DNA of 57,991 bases, the filler included, from Candidatus Hydrogenedentota bacterium (lineage in GTDB: Bacteria > JBFMHD01): NCBI GenBank assembly GCA_040752395.1. It is 5 parts of 5 records of this genome, joined end to end, with 100 filler letters (N's around TTAATTAATTAA, not from the genome) between each part and the next. Parts side by side here need not be neighbours in the genome. Positions count along the whole stretch, not along the records: positions 1 to 11,763 come from JBFMHD010000076.1; positions 11,864 to 23,393 come from JBFMHD010000077.1; 3 more parts are not named here. One strand, written 5' to 3'. The notes under the pieces are model-generated. The model worked only from the letters and a program-made list of their open reading frames with translations, made no database searches and had not been told where the DNA came from. The number at the start of each line of letters is the position of its first letter. Positions within the stretch are counted from its first letter, which is position 1. This document shows, in pieces, positions 9,565 through 18,690 of the stretch. The position numbers and the translations under genes are program-made.

Positions 9565-9779
9565 GAAACCCTGTTAAATACGTCATCTTCTGTAAATATT
9601 TTATTACTCTGCGCTTTGATTATCAATTTATTCCTCAGTTTATTTAATTTTCTAAAATAAAGAAAGTTTTCTAACGATTCCCTGATGATATTGCTTCGGC
9701 TTACCCCTTCTTCTCTGGTTATCTGATCAATTTCTCTCTTTATTTTATTTGGTAAACTAATAGTTAAAGTTTCTCTCAT
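9561..9779 (-). CDS. ribbon-helix-helix (CopG-like) antitoxin
   Basis: TLTISLP...SRSNIIRESL; ATGA overlap with the PIN gene. Confidence 0.88.
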   Translation of the reverse strand: MRETLTISLPNKIKREIDQITREEGVSRSNIIRESLENFLYFRKLNKLRNKLIIKAQSNKIFTEDDVFNRVS

Positions 9780-9790
9780 TTTTAAACTCC

Positions 9791-9827
9791 TGTATTATAT
9801 TTTAATACAATAATAATGCTCTGTCAA
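9791..9827 (-). promoter_or_regulatory. sigma70-type promoter with overlapping palindromic operator for RHH-PIN
   Basis: Minus strand TTGACA-N17-TAAAAT; TGTATTA-N5-TAATACA palindrome (9791-9809) covers the -10. Confidence 0.65.
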
Positions 9828-9904
9828 TAGTTTTAATAACAGGTCTTTTTAAATGTTATGTCAATAATTATGTTGAAAATTAATAGTTGGTATATCTCCC
9901 TCAA

Positions 9905-10005
9905 ATGAAAAGTCTTGAGTCCTGTTTTGACTCACGACTCTTTTCATATCATCTCTTAATAATCTTTCAATCTTTCAATCTTTTAATCTTTGTGCCTTTG
10001 TGCCT
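9905..10005. repeat. Family A internal hairpin module plus 8-mer arrays (A3)
   Basis: ATGAAAAGTCTTGAGTCCTGTTTTGACTCACGACTCTTTTCAT, then TCTTTCAA and TTTGTGCC repeats. Confidence 0.85.
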
Positions 10006-10018
10006 CTTTTCCTCCCCT

Positions 10019-11164
10019 TTAAAGTGTCTCACGTTTCAGGGAAGCAGTATATAAACCTTCTATGAGCTCCACTAATTTATCCCCCATGGTTTCAATCCCG
10101 AACTCACTAATAAACTCTTTATCAATACTTATTTTTCTTGTTTCCTCTTTGAATCGTTTGTTTTCTTTTAATACTTGTTTAATTCTATCAACAAAGCCAG
10201 GTACATCATAAGGTTCTACTAAAAAACCATTTCTATTCTCGAAAACTACTTCTTTATTGCCATCTATATTACTTGCAACTATCGGTACGCCGGAATCAAT
10301 AGCTTCAAGTAAAACACGGGGTAGACCCTCCCATAGCGATGTTAAAACAAAACAATCAAATAAAGATATGATATCCCTTGCATCGTATCTCCAGCCAAGA
10401 AAAATAACCCTCTCTTCTATTTTATAATCTGAAACTTTTTTTAGAAATCTATCTTTTAACTCACCATCGCCTACAAAAATAAAAAAAGCATTATCTATTC
10501 GTTTAGCTATCTCAACAAAGGTTAATGGATTTTTTTGGTGTTTCAAACAAGAGACCGTTCCAACGATAAATTGGTTATCTTTTTTGTGCGACAACATCGC
10601 TACTATATCATCTGGTGGTACTGATTGATAACCTAATTTTATACCGCTTCTTATAAGAATATATTTATCTCTATCTCCCATACCCCAGTTTACCCCCTTA
10701 TTTATATCTTCTCTGCTAACAGCAATTAATCTAAGGGTAAAAAACGAGGCTATTCTTTCAAGCAATATTAAAAATATACGTAAAAGTTTGTTCTGGAAAG
10801 GGTTTATGCCAAACCCATGTATGGTATGGATAGCTTTAAAACCACTAATTGCTGCTGCGAAACGGCCAAGTATCCCAGCTTTGGATGAATGGGTATGAAC
10901 TAAATCTGGCTTTATTTTTCTAAATATTTTTATTAGTTCCACAAATGTGATAAAATCTTTTATCGGATTAATCTCTCTAACAAGAGAATCAATTAATATT
11001 ATCTCAAGTGCTTTAATCTCTTTTGCTTTAAAAAGAAGCATACCCTCACTTGCTATTAAAATAACTCTGTGGCCACTTTCAAGAAGTCTTTTACAGGTAT
11101 AGAGTGTATTATCCTGTGCACCACCGAGCTCAAGTTTAGTTATAAGTTGTATTATCGTTGCCAT
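10019..11164 (-). CDS. glycosyltransferase family 4
   Basis: GGAQ, VHTHSSKAG, SLWEGLPRVLLEA. Confidence 0.93.
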   Translation of the reverse strand: MATIIQLITKLELGGAQDNTLYTCKRLLESGHRVILIASEGMLLFKAKEIKALEIILIDSLVREINPIKDFITFVELIKIFRKIKPDLVHTHSSKAGILGRFAAAISGFKAIHTIHGFGINPFQNKLLRIFLILLERIASFFTLRLIAVSREDINKGVNWGMGDRDKYILIRSGIKLGYQSVPPDDIVAMLSHKKDNQFIVGTVSCLKHQKNPLTFVEIAKRIDNAFFIFVGDGELKDRFLKKVSDYKIEERVIFLGWRYDARDIISLFDCFVLTSLWEGLPRVLLEAIDSGVPIVASNIDGNKEVVFENRNGFLVEPYDVPGFVDRIKQVLKENKRFKEETRKISIDKEFISEFGIETMGDKLVELIEGLYTASLKRETL

Positions 11165-11179
11165 ACATTCCTTTCCTTA

Positions 11180-11285
11180 AATGCTGATGTTTTAAGTCAC
11201 CCCAAATATCTTCTTCTTCGACCTTGACTTCTCTCCATAAATCTGATTCTGTTAATGCTGTTAACGGCTTATTCATGCTGTTCAT
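11180..11285 (-). pseudogene. possible N-terminal remnant of an IS256-type transposase
   Basis: LTESDLWREVKVEEEDIWGDLK resembles IS256 transposase N-termini as recalled; not verified. Confidence 0.3.
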
Positions 11286-11395
11286 TTGAGACCCATATAT
11301 AAAATTTTTACCCCCTTTGTCAAAAAAAATTAAACAAATTCTTGACAAATATGTGAAAAATAAGATATATTAAAATATATAAAGATGATTTTAAG

Positions 11396-11763
11396 GTGGT
11401 CAAAATTATGAAAGATGAAATAATAACTGCTTTTAAAACAATGTTTTTGCCAGAACTCGAAAAATTACAAATAGAGATATCCGCTGTTAAGGGTGAGATA
11501 ATTGGTATAAAGGCCGGGATAACAGGTATACATAAAACTATGGGTGAGATGTCTCTAAGAATTTCTGATATTAATACTCATATAATGCGCTTAGATAATC
11601 GAATCGATGAAACAAATAATCGAATCGATGAAATAAATAATCGAATCGATGAAACAAATAATCGAATCGATGAAACAAATCAACGGCTTAATACTTTATA
11701 TGAAGTAATTGTCCGACGTGAGGAACATGAAAAGATCGCAATGGAAGTTATAAAGCTCAGGCA
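11396..11763 (+). CDS. coiled-coil protein with NRIDETN repeats (cut by contig end)
   Basis: Heptad pattern; 21-bp tandem repeat x4 at 11597-11680. Confidence 0.7.
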
Positions 11764-11863
11764 NNNNNNNNNNNNNNNNNNNNNNNNNNNNNNNNNNNNN
11801 NNNNNNNTTAATTAATTAANNNNNNNNNNNNNNNNNNNNNNNNNNNNNNNNNNNNNNNNNNNN
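11764..11863. other. artificial contig linker
   Basis: N44-TTAATTAATTAA-N44 (stops in all six frames). Confidence 0.98.
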
Positions 11864-11919
11864 TGCGTTCTAAATCCTGGCTGATGACACCAGATTTTTG
11901 TATTTCGCATTCCGCATTT

Positions 11920-12136
11920 TTCTGATACTTCTTACTTTCAAAGGCACAAAGGCACAACGTATGAAAAACTAAAGATGATATGAAAAGAGTCGTGAGTCGC
12001 AAGTCGTGAGTCAAAACAGGACTCGAGACTCAAGACTCAAGACTTTTCAGCAGGCTTTTGGCTTTTGTCTCCAGCCGGCTGTAGTCCGTAGGCTGTAGCC
12101 CGAATTATTAGGGTTACAGCGTTTTTCGAAGGGAGT
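11920..12136. repeat. Family A element, copy A4 (reverse orientation)
   Basis: Ends ...GTTACAGCGTTTTTCGAAGGGAG; same internal modules. Confidence 0.9.
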
Positions 12137-12156
12137 AAAAACGAGGGTTCGGGTTT

Positions 12157-13155
12157 ATGGTTGAAGAAGATAGATTTGCCCGATTTAGAGCTAAACAGGA
12201 AAAAAAACAAAGAAAATCTATATTCAGTTTAGAAAATGTTATCACTTATATATTTTTACTAATCGCTATAGGTATCTGGTTTTTCGCGTTTCCTTTAATA
12301 GTTGATAAAATAAAGCCTGATTTTCAAAATATTTCTGCGAATGCGAGTTTCAATGATAATATTATGGAGATAATAATGTTTGATGTGGGCCAGGGGGACG
12401 CTTTCTTGATTAAAACTCCATCTGGTAAATTCGCCTTAATTGACGGCGGAAGTGGTAAAACTACGTTAGATAATTATAAAGGCAGTGATGCTGGTAATAG
12501 AGTTATTTTACCCTATCTTAATAATAAGGCTGTTACATCACTTGATTGGGTCGTAATGACACATCCTGATTTTGATCACTGCGGCGGCTTGATTGATGTT
12601 CTTAACAATATAAAAGTTAAAGAATTTATTGACCCCTGCATACAAGACCCTTCACCTTTTTATGAAGAATTATTAACTATTATTAAAGAGAAGAACATAT
12701 CTTATATAAAGGCAAGGGAAGGCGACATTCTTGCCTGGGACCCATCAATTGTGGTTCAGGTTTTAAGTGCAGAACATCCACTTGAGATGGGTAATAATAA
12801 TAGCTCTATTGTTTTAAGAATAGCCTTTGGTAAAATAAGTTGTTTATTTCCAGGAGATGCAGAATACGAGATTGAAAAAGAACTATTAACAAAGTACGGT
12901 GACCAGCTTAAATCGCAAATATTAAAAGTTGGTCATCACGGCTCAAAAAGTTCGTCGTCTTTGTCTTTTATAAGAACCGTCCGGCCTGAAATAGCTCTTA
13001 TTTCTGTAGGGGTTAATAATAACTACGGTCATCCTGATGAACAGGTTTTATATAGACTAAAGAATATTAAATCTAAAATTTATCGAACCGACATTGATGG
13101 AACTGTTGTAATAAAAATTAATGGTGAAAAATATAATGTAACAACTGAAAAATAA
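12157..13155 (+). CDS. ComEC/Rec2-type metallo-beta-lactamase-fold protein with N-terminal TM
   Basis: DVGQGDA, THPDFDHCGG, NNSSIV, LKVGHHGS, YGHP, RTD..G. Confidence 0.9.
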   Translation: MVEEDRFARFRAKQEKKQRKSIFSLENVITYIFLLIAIGIWFFAFPLIVDKIKPDFQNISANASFNDNIMEIIMFDVGQGDAFLIKTPSGKFALIDGGSGKTTLDNYKGSDAGNRVILPYLNNKAVTSLDWVVMTHPDFDHCGGLIDVLNNIKVKEFIDPCIQDPSPFYEELLTIIKEKNISYIKAREGDILAWDPSIVVQVLSAEHPLEMGNNNSSIVLRIAFGKISCLFPGDAEYEIEKELLTKYGDQLKSQILKVGHHGSKSSSSLSFIRTVRPEIALISVGVNNNYGHPDEQVLYRLKNIKSKIYRTDIDGTVVIKINGEKYNVTTEK

Positions 13156-13159
13156 TAAT

Positions 13160-13387
13160 TTACTCTTTTTTCTCTTCTTTTTTACCGATACTTTCCACAA
13201 GATAGGTAAGATTATACAAGAGTATCATATTGCCAAATACAATATATATTGTAGCAATACTTGAACACATTATAATCATATTTGTTGGTAGACCATAGTT
13301 CATCAGAATAATTAATCCTAAAGTAACAAATGTAGCCATTGCTATCGCAATCACCACATATATTCTAAGCTTTTCTATACCCATCAT
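13160..13387 (-). CDS. small hypothetical membrane protein (2 TM)
   Basis: Hydrophobic 75-aa ORF with GAGGAGG RBS. Confidence 0.6.
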   Translation of the reverse strand: MMGIEKLRIYVVIAIAMATFVTLGLIILMNYGLPTNMIIMCSSIATIYIVFGNMILLYNLTYLVESIGKKEEKKE

Positions 13388-13397
13388 AAAACTATAC

Positions 13398-13520
13398 CTC
13401 CTCTGAAAAACTTTGTAACTATAATAATATCAAGTAGAAGCAAGAAGCAAGATAAACAAACATCTGGTTTTTCATATATTGTGTAGAGCGGAAACCGCGC
13501 TCATGTCGGCTCCTCTAAAA
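13398..13520. repeat. Family A element, copy A5 (internally deleted)
   Basis: CTCCTCTGAAAAA start, GAAGCAA array, GTAGAGCG hairpin, second CTCCTCTAAAA. Confidence 0.8.
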
Positions 13521-13648
13521 CCATGATACAGAAAATAAAGGCCGATCTTTATATAAATTATCTTCTATGTAATAATGCAAAGAAGTTAATTACTTTAAAA
13601 ACTTAAGGAGAAAACGTATATAATTTTTAAAAATTGTCAAATAAAAAA

Positions 13649-16027
13649 TCAGTTTTCTTTTGGTATTCTCATTTTATAAAAAGAACGCCATACAAATATT
13701 AAAGAAATAATAAAGAGTACCACTCCAATAACAGTTGTATGAATTTTCTGCATTTTTATAGCGATCTCAACAGCAAGCATCCCAAAAAGAGTTGAAAATT
13801 TGATTATCGGGTTCAAAGAAACCGCAGTAGTATCTTTGAATGGATCACCCACAGTATCACCGATAACAGTAGCTGCATGAAGCGGTGTACCTTTTTCTCC
13901 TAAATCAACCTCGATTATCTTTTTTGCGTTATCCCACGACCCACCAGTATTTGCCATATAAATCGCCTGAAATAAACCAAAAACCGCGATTGCGATCAGA
14001 TAAGCTACAAAGAAATACGGATTAAAAAAAGCGAACGCAAGAGTTACAGTCATAAGAGCAATAAAAATATTCCACATACCGGTCTGAGCATATTGTGTGC
14101 ATATCCTGACCACTGTTTTTGTATCTTCTATATCAGCTTCTTTTTTCTCTAAATTCATATTCTTTTTAATAAATGCAACTGCGCGATAGGCACCTGTTGC
14201 AACTGCCTGGATTGACGCGCCGCTGAACCAGTATATTACAGCACCGCCACAAATAAACCCTAATAATACCAGCGGTGCGGTCAAATTAAGCATTTCTTTT
14301 ATCTGCTCACCAAGTAATAAAATTATTGAAAAAATCATTGTCGTAGCACCAGCTACCGCAGTACCAATTAAAACGGGTTTTGCAGTTGCTTTGAATGTAT
14401 TGCCAGCTGAATCATTTGCCTCAAGATAATGTTTCCCAAGAGTGAAATCAGGCTCAAAACCAAAATCCCTTTTTATCTCTTCCTTGATCCCGACAATCTT
14501 CTCAGTCTGGGCAAGTTCAAAGACTGATTGTGCATTATCAGTCACAGGACCATAACTATCAACCGCAATGTTAACAGGTCCCATACAGAGAAAACCATAA
14601 GCTACAAGACCAAATGCAAATATCGAGGCATAAGGCATAATATTCTGTAACCCGCCAAGACTTACAAAATATGCACCTGTCATAAGTCCGACTATTAGAA
14701 TCCCTTTCCAGAATGCGCTGAAATATCCTGATACCATACCAGAAAGAATTGTGAGTGATGCGCCACCTTCCCTGGTCGCTGTAACTATCTCCTTGACATG
14801 TTTTGATTTCGAACTCGTGAATATCTTTGTAAATTCAGGGATTAAAACAGCAGCCAGAGTACCACAGCTGATAATCAACGCAAGCTGCCACCATAATGAA
14901 GTATCTGATAAATCACCAACAAGCATATAACTCATACCAAAAGAAGTGCTTATGCAAAGAATCGCCGCGATCCATATCAATCTTATCAGTGGTTCCTCAA
15001 AATCAAATTCTTTTAAGCCTTTATATTTTCGTTCAGAAATAAATTGGTTTACAAAATAAGCTATACCTGAGAAAAAATCCATCAAGAACCTCATTGCAAA
15101 AATCCAGACAATTAGTTTGGCCTGGATATGCGGATCAGAAACAGCAAGCGTGATAAACGAGATTAACGCTACACCTGTAACACCATAGGTCTCAAACCCA
15201 TCTGCAGTAGGTCCTACGCTATCACCTGCGTTATCACCTGTGCAATCAGCGATAACACCGGGGTTACGCGGGTCATCTTCTTTAACCTTGAACACAATCT
15301 TCATAAGGTCAGAACCTATATCAGCGATTTTAGTAAAGATTCCGCCTGCGATACGTAATGCTGAAGCACCTAATGATTCACCGATTGCAAACCCTAAAAA
15401 ACAGAAACCTACAATATCGCGCGGCACAAAAAGTAATATTATAACCATCATTACAAGCTCAAGTGATATCAGAAACAAACCTACACTCATACCAGCACGT
15501 AGCGGTATGTTTACAACATCCCAGGGGATTCCGCGGAGCGAAGCAAATGCTGTTCTTGCATTCGCATAAGTATTTACACGTATACCATACCATGCCACAC
15601 TATACGAACCACCCATACCTATGACTGTAAATAATAAAACTAATAAAATAACAGGGATACCACGATCCTGTAAAAAGAAAAGATAATAGCTTATACAACA
15701 AGCGATAAACGCAAACAACATCAGTAAAAATTTTCCCTGCTGAATAAGATAAGTTCTACAGGTCTGATAAATAGTTTCTGCTATATTAAGCATAGAGTTA
15801 TGTACGGGTAACTTTTTTATTTTGTTACGCAGTGTTAAACTGAATCCGCAGGTGCCAGCAATAATTATCGCACCATAAAATAGGAGATGCCAGGCATCTA
15901 TACCACCGAATTTCGCAAATGAGCCCTCCCTTAAATCCGGAATCGCTAAATCTGCTTCACTTGCAAATAATAAAGGATTACAAAAGAATATACTCAACAA
16001 TAATAAAACAAATCTTAATAACCACAT
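13649..16027 (-). CDS. hppA: membrane-integral pyrophosphatase (H+-PPase), divergent type
   Basis: GGIFTKIADIGSDLMK, EDDPRNPGVIADCTGDNAGD, DSYGPVTDNA, GNTFKATAK, GDTVGDPFKDT. Confidence 0.95.
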   Translation of the reverse strand: MWLLRFVLLLLSIFFCNPLLFASEADLAIPDLREGSFAKFGGIDAWHLLFYGAIIIAGTCGFSLTLRNKIKKLPVHNSMLNIAETIYQTCRTYLIQQGKFLLMLFAFIACCISYYLFFLQDRGIPVILLVLLFTVIGMGGSYSVAWYGIRVNTYANARTAFASLRGIPWDVVNIPLRAGMSVGLFLISLELVMMVIILLFVPRDIVGFCFLGFAIGESLGASALRIAGGIFTKIADIGSDLMKIVFKVKEDDPRNPGVIADCTGDNAGDSVGPTADGFETYGVTGVALISFITLAVSDPHIQAKLIVWIFAMRFLMDFFSGIAYFVNQFISERKYKGLKEFDFEEPLIRLIWIAAILCISTSFGMSYMLVGDLSDTSLWWQLALIISCGTLAAVLIPEFTKIFTSSKSKHVKEIVTATREGGASLTILSGMVSGYFSAFWKGILIVGLMTGAYFVSLGGLQNIMPYASIFAFGLVAYGFLCMGPVNIAVDSYGPVTDNAQSVFELAQTEKIVGIKEEIKRDFGFEPDFTLGKHYLEANDSAGNTFKATAKPVLIGTAVAGATTMIFSIILLLGEQIKEMLNLTAPLVLLGFICGGAVIYWFSGASIQAVATGAYRAVAFIKKNMNLEKKEADIEDTKTVVRICTQYAQTGMWNIFIALMTVTLAFAFFNPYFFVAYLIAIAVFGLFQAIYMANTGGSWDNAKKIIEVDLGEKGTPLHAATVIGDTVGDPFKDTTAVSLNPIIKFSTLFGMLAVEIAIKMQKIHTTVIGVVLFIISLIFVWRSFYKMRIPKEN

Positions 16028-16034
16028 TGTCTCT

Positions 16035-16075
16035 CTCCTCTGAAAAACGCTGTAATTCTAATAATTCGGGCTACA
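16035..16075. repeat. Family A terminus, copy A6 (continues about 20 bp further as GGCTAC units)
   Basis: CTCCTCTGAAAAACGCTGTAATTCTAATAATTCGGGCTAC. Confidence 0.85.
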
Positions 16076-16158
16076 GGCTACGGCTGGCTGGAGTCCGTGG
16101 CTTGCTTTTATAATATAAATTATAAATTATGTCTATCTAATTTTTGAGATATTTTTTT

Positions 16159-16866
16159 CTATTCTTCACCAAGATATGATTTCTTTACTAAATCTGAGTT
16201 AAGTAGGTTCTTTGAAGTATCATGGAGTATTATATTACCTGTCTCTATTACATAACCTCGGTTTGCAAGATGTAGCGCAGCATAAGCATTCTGTTCTACA
16301 AGTAAGATGGAGACCCCTCGGCTGTTAATAGTCTTAATAATCTCAAAAATTTTCTCTATTATTATCGGTGCTAACCCAAGCGATGGTTCATCAAGCATAA
16401 GTAGTCTCGGCTCATTCATCAATGCTCTTCCTATCGCAAGCATCTGCTGCTCACCACCTGATAAAGTCCCGCCTAATTGTTTTCTCCTTTCATATAAAAT
16501 AGGGAATAGTGAATATACATTCTCTAAATATTCCTTTACTTTTGTTTTATCTCTGACAAGATAAGCACCCATTTTAAGGTTCTCCAAAACAGTTACTCTC
16601 GGAAAGATTCTCCTTCCTTCAGGAACATGTGAGATACCGACTCTGACCCGTTTATCAGCACTATACGTGTTTATATTCATATCTTGAAATAAAATATTAC
16701 CCTGCGTATTATTAATTATTCCTGATATAGTTAATAAAGTAGTGGTTTTCCCGGCACCATTTACACCTATTAAAGTTACTATCTCGCCAGCATTAACCTC
16801 TATATTTAGATTCTTTATAACCGGCGTATGATCGTATCCTGCACTGACGTTTATAAGTTTTAACAT
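16159..16866 (-). CDS. livF: branched-chain amino acid ABC transporter ATPase
   Basis: GVNGAGKTT, VPEGRRIF, LSGGEQQMLAIGRALM. Confidence 0.95.
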   Translation of the reverse strand: MLKLINVSAGYDHTPVIKNLNIEVNAGEIVTLIGVNGAGKTTTLLTISGIINNTQGNILFQDMNINTYSADKRVRVGISHVPEGRRIFPRVTVLENLKMGAYLVRDKTKVKEYLENVYSLFPILYERRKQLGGTLSGGEQQMLAIGRALMNEPRLLMLDEPSLGLAPIIIEKIFEIIKTINSRGVSILLVEQNAYAALHLANRGYVIETGNIILHDTSKNLLNSDLVKKSYLGEE

Positions 16867-16873
16867 AAAAGCC

Positions 16874-17635
16874 TTAGTTTTTCTTACCCAGATATGCTTC
16901 TATTACATCCGGGTTACTCTGTATCTGTTGTGGTATCCCTTCTGCAATCTTTTCGCCATAATCAAGCACAATAATTCTATCAGAGATATTCATAACCAAT
17001 TTCATATCATGTTCAATAAGTATGACGGTAATACCATTATCTCTTATCTTTCTTATTAATTCTATCAAATCCTTACGTTCTTCCTCGCTTAAACCAGCAG
17101 CTGGTTCATCGAGAAGTAATACTTTGGGTTCTGTTGCCAAAGCCCGTGCTATCTCAAGACGTCGCTGCCAGCCATACGCCAGCCCCGATGAGACAGTATT
17201 GATCTCATCTCCCAAACCCACAAACTCAAGATATTTCATCCCATTTTTAATAGTTCTCTTCTCTTCTCTTCTATAATGAGATGTATTTAATATTATAGAT
17301 AAAAAATTAGCGGTAGTTTTGTAGTACATAGCACACAAAACGTTTTCCATAACAGTCATTTTCGAGAACAATTTTATATTCTGGAACGTTCTTGCTATAC
17401 CGATTCTTGTAATGATATGTGATGGCAGTTTTGTTATCTTTTTATCATTATAATAAATCTCTCCTTGTTCTTGTTTTAACATACCTGTAATAACATTAAA
17501 GATAGTGGTTTTACCCGCACCATTTGGACCAATGATACTGAATATCTCATTCTCTTTTACCTCGAAACTTATATTATCCAGTGCAAGTAACCCTTCAAAC
17601 TTTTTTGTTAAATTCTCAACTCTTAAAATATTCAT
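16874..17635 (-). CDS. livG: branched-chain amino acid ABC transporter ATPase
   Basis: GPNGAGKTT, RTFQNI, LEIARALA, DEPAAG, VIEAYLG. Confidence 0.95.
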   Translation of the reverse strand: MNILRVENLTKKFEGLLALDNISFEVKENEIFSIIGPNGAGKTTIFNVITGMLKQEQGEIYYNDKKITKLPSHIITRIGIARTFQNIKLFSKMTVMENVLCAMYYKTTANFLSIILNTSHYRREEKRTIKNGMKYLEFVGLGDEINTVSSGLAYGWQRRLEIARALATEPKVLLLDEPAAGLSEEERKDLIELIRKIRDNGITVILIEHDMKLVMNISDRIIVLDYGEKIAEGIPQQIQSNPDVIEAYLGKKN

Positions 17636-17646
17636 AATTCTATCTT

Positions 17647-18594
17647 CTATCTTCTGTCTTTTACCTCAAACGTATATCTTTTAAACCCTATCAACCCATC
17701 AGGTTTAAATATCATTACACAAACTAATATCAATCCGAATGCAAGCATCCGGTATTGTGCTAAATCGCGAAGCAACTCATTCATTATTGCTATTATAAAG
17801 CTACCACAAATAACACCAGGTATAGAGCCCATGCCACCAAGCACAACTATACATACAATCGTGATTGATTCAAAAAAATTAAAAGATTCAGGCGAAACAA
17901 ATTTCTGATACTGGGCAAAAAATGAGCCTGCGATAGGCGCAAAAACAGCAGCCAGTAAATAACTCGATATCTTCATCAAAAAAACATTGATGCCACAAGA
18001 AGAAGCAGCATCCTCATTCTCACGAACAGCTTCCCACATCCTGCTTATCTTTGAATGCTCAAGTCTCATTACAATATAAAAAGTTATAAGACATATAATC
18101 AATATTAAATAATAAGAAGATATTCTTGAAGATAAAATAAAACCTGCGATTTGCGGAGCTGGTATAGATGATATGCCAAGCGGACCATTGGTTAATAAAA
18201 AAGGATTATTGTTTAAGACTATCCTCACAATCTCGCCAAACCCTAATGTAACAATCGCAAGATAATCACCACGTAATCGCAGAGTCGTCATACCTATTAT
18301 AAACCTGAATATAAGTGAGATAATAATCCCGAGTATCATTGTAACCCAGAATGAATAACCCCGGGTAATTAGTATAGCAGTTGTATAAGCACCGATACCA
18401 TAAAATGCTATAAAACCTAAGTCTAAAAGCCCAGCAAACCCTATAACAACGTTCAATGACAAAGCTAAAACAACGTAAATAAGTGTAAGTATAAAAATAT
18501 GTAAAATATAATTATTAACTAATGGTAAATAGGGGAATAAAAATAGAACTGACAAAACTATACAATATAAAAATAGCTGATGCCTTGAACTCAT
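17647..18594 (-). CDS. livM: branched-chain amino acid ABC transporter permease
   Basis: GLLDLGFIAFYGIGAY, LRGDYLAIVTLGFGEI. Confidence 0.95.
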   Translation of the reverse strand: MSSRHQLFLYCIVLSVLFLFPYLPLVNNYILHIFILTLIYVVLALSLNVVIGFAGLLDLGFIAFYGIGAYTTAILITRGYSFWVTMILGIIISLIFRFIIGMTTLRLRGDYLAIVTLGFGEIVRIVLNNNPFLLTNGPLGISSIPAPQIAGFILSSRISSYYLILIICLITFYIVMRLEHSKISRMWEAVRENEDAASSCGINVFLMKISSYLLAAVFAPIAGSFFAQYQKFVSPESFNFFESITIVCIVVLGGMGSIPGVICGSFIIAIMNELLRDLAQYRMLAFGLILVCVMIFKPDGLIGFKRYTFEVKDRR

Positions 18595-18639
18595 TGTACT
18601 CGATGAAAATCCTTAATCTTGTTTCTTACTCCTTGCTTC

Positions 18640-18690
18640 GGGCAGACACATAGGTCTGCCACTACATTGGTTTTCAGTTATCTTGCTTCT
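18640..18690 (-). repeat. REP-like GTAG hairpin plus family B core between livH and livM
   Basis: Minus strand AAGCAAGATAACTGAAAAC...GTAGTGGCAGACCTATGTGTCTGCCC. Confidence 0.7.

Noticed and set aside
11764-11863. Recurring N-flanked TTAATTAATTAA motif (also 23394, 35010, 46603) at roughly 11.6-kb spacing
   Set aside because: Artificial six-frame-stop linker. The internal contigs are 11530, 11516 and 11493 bp, i.e. apparently size-sorted, so the periodicity is not biological.
12157-13155. ComEC-like gene as the mechanism for TA cassette uptake
   Set aside because: It is on a different contig and has only the MBL domain, lacking the competence channel; no link can be shown.
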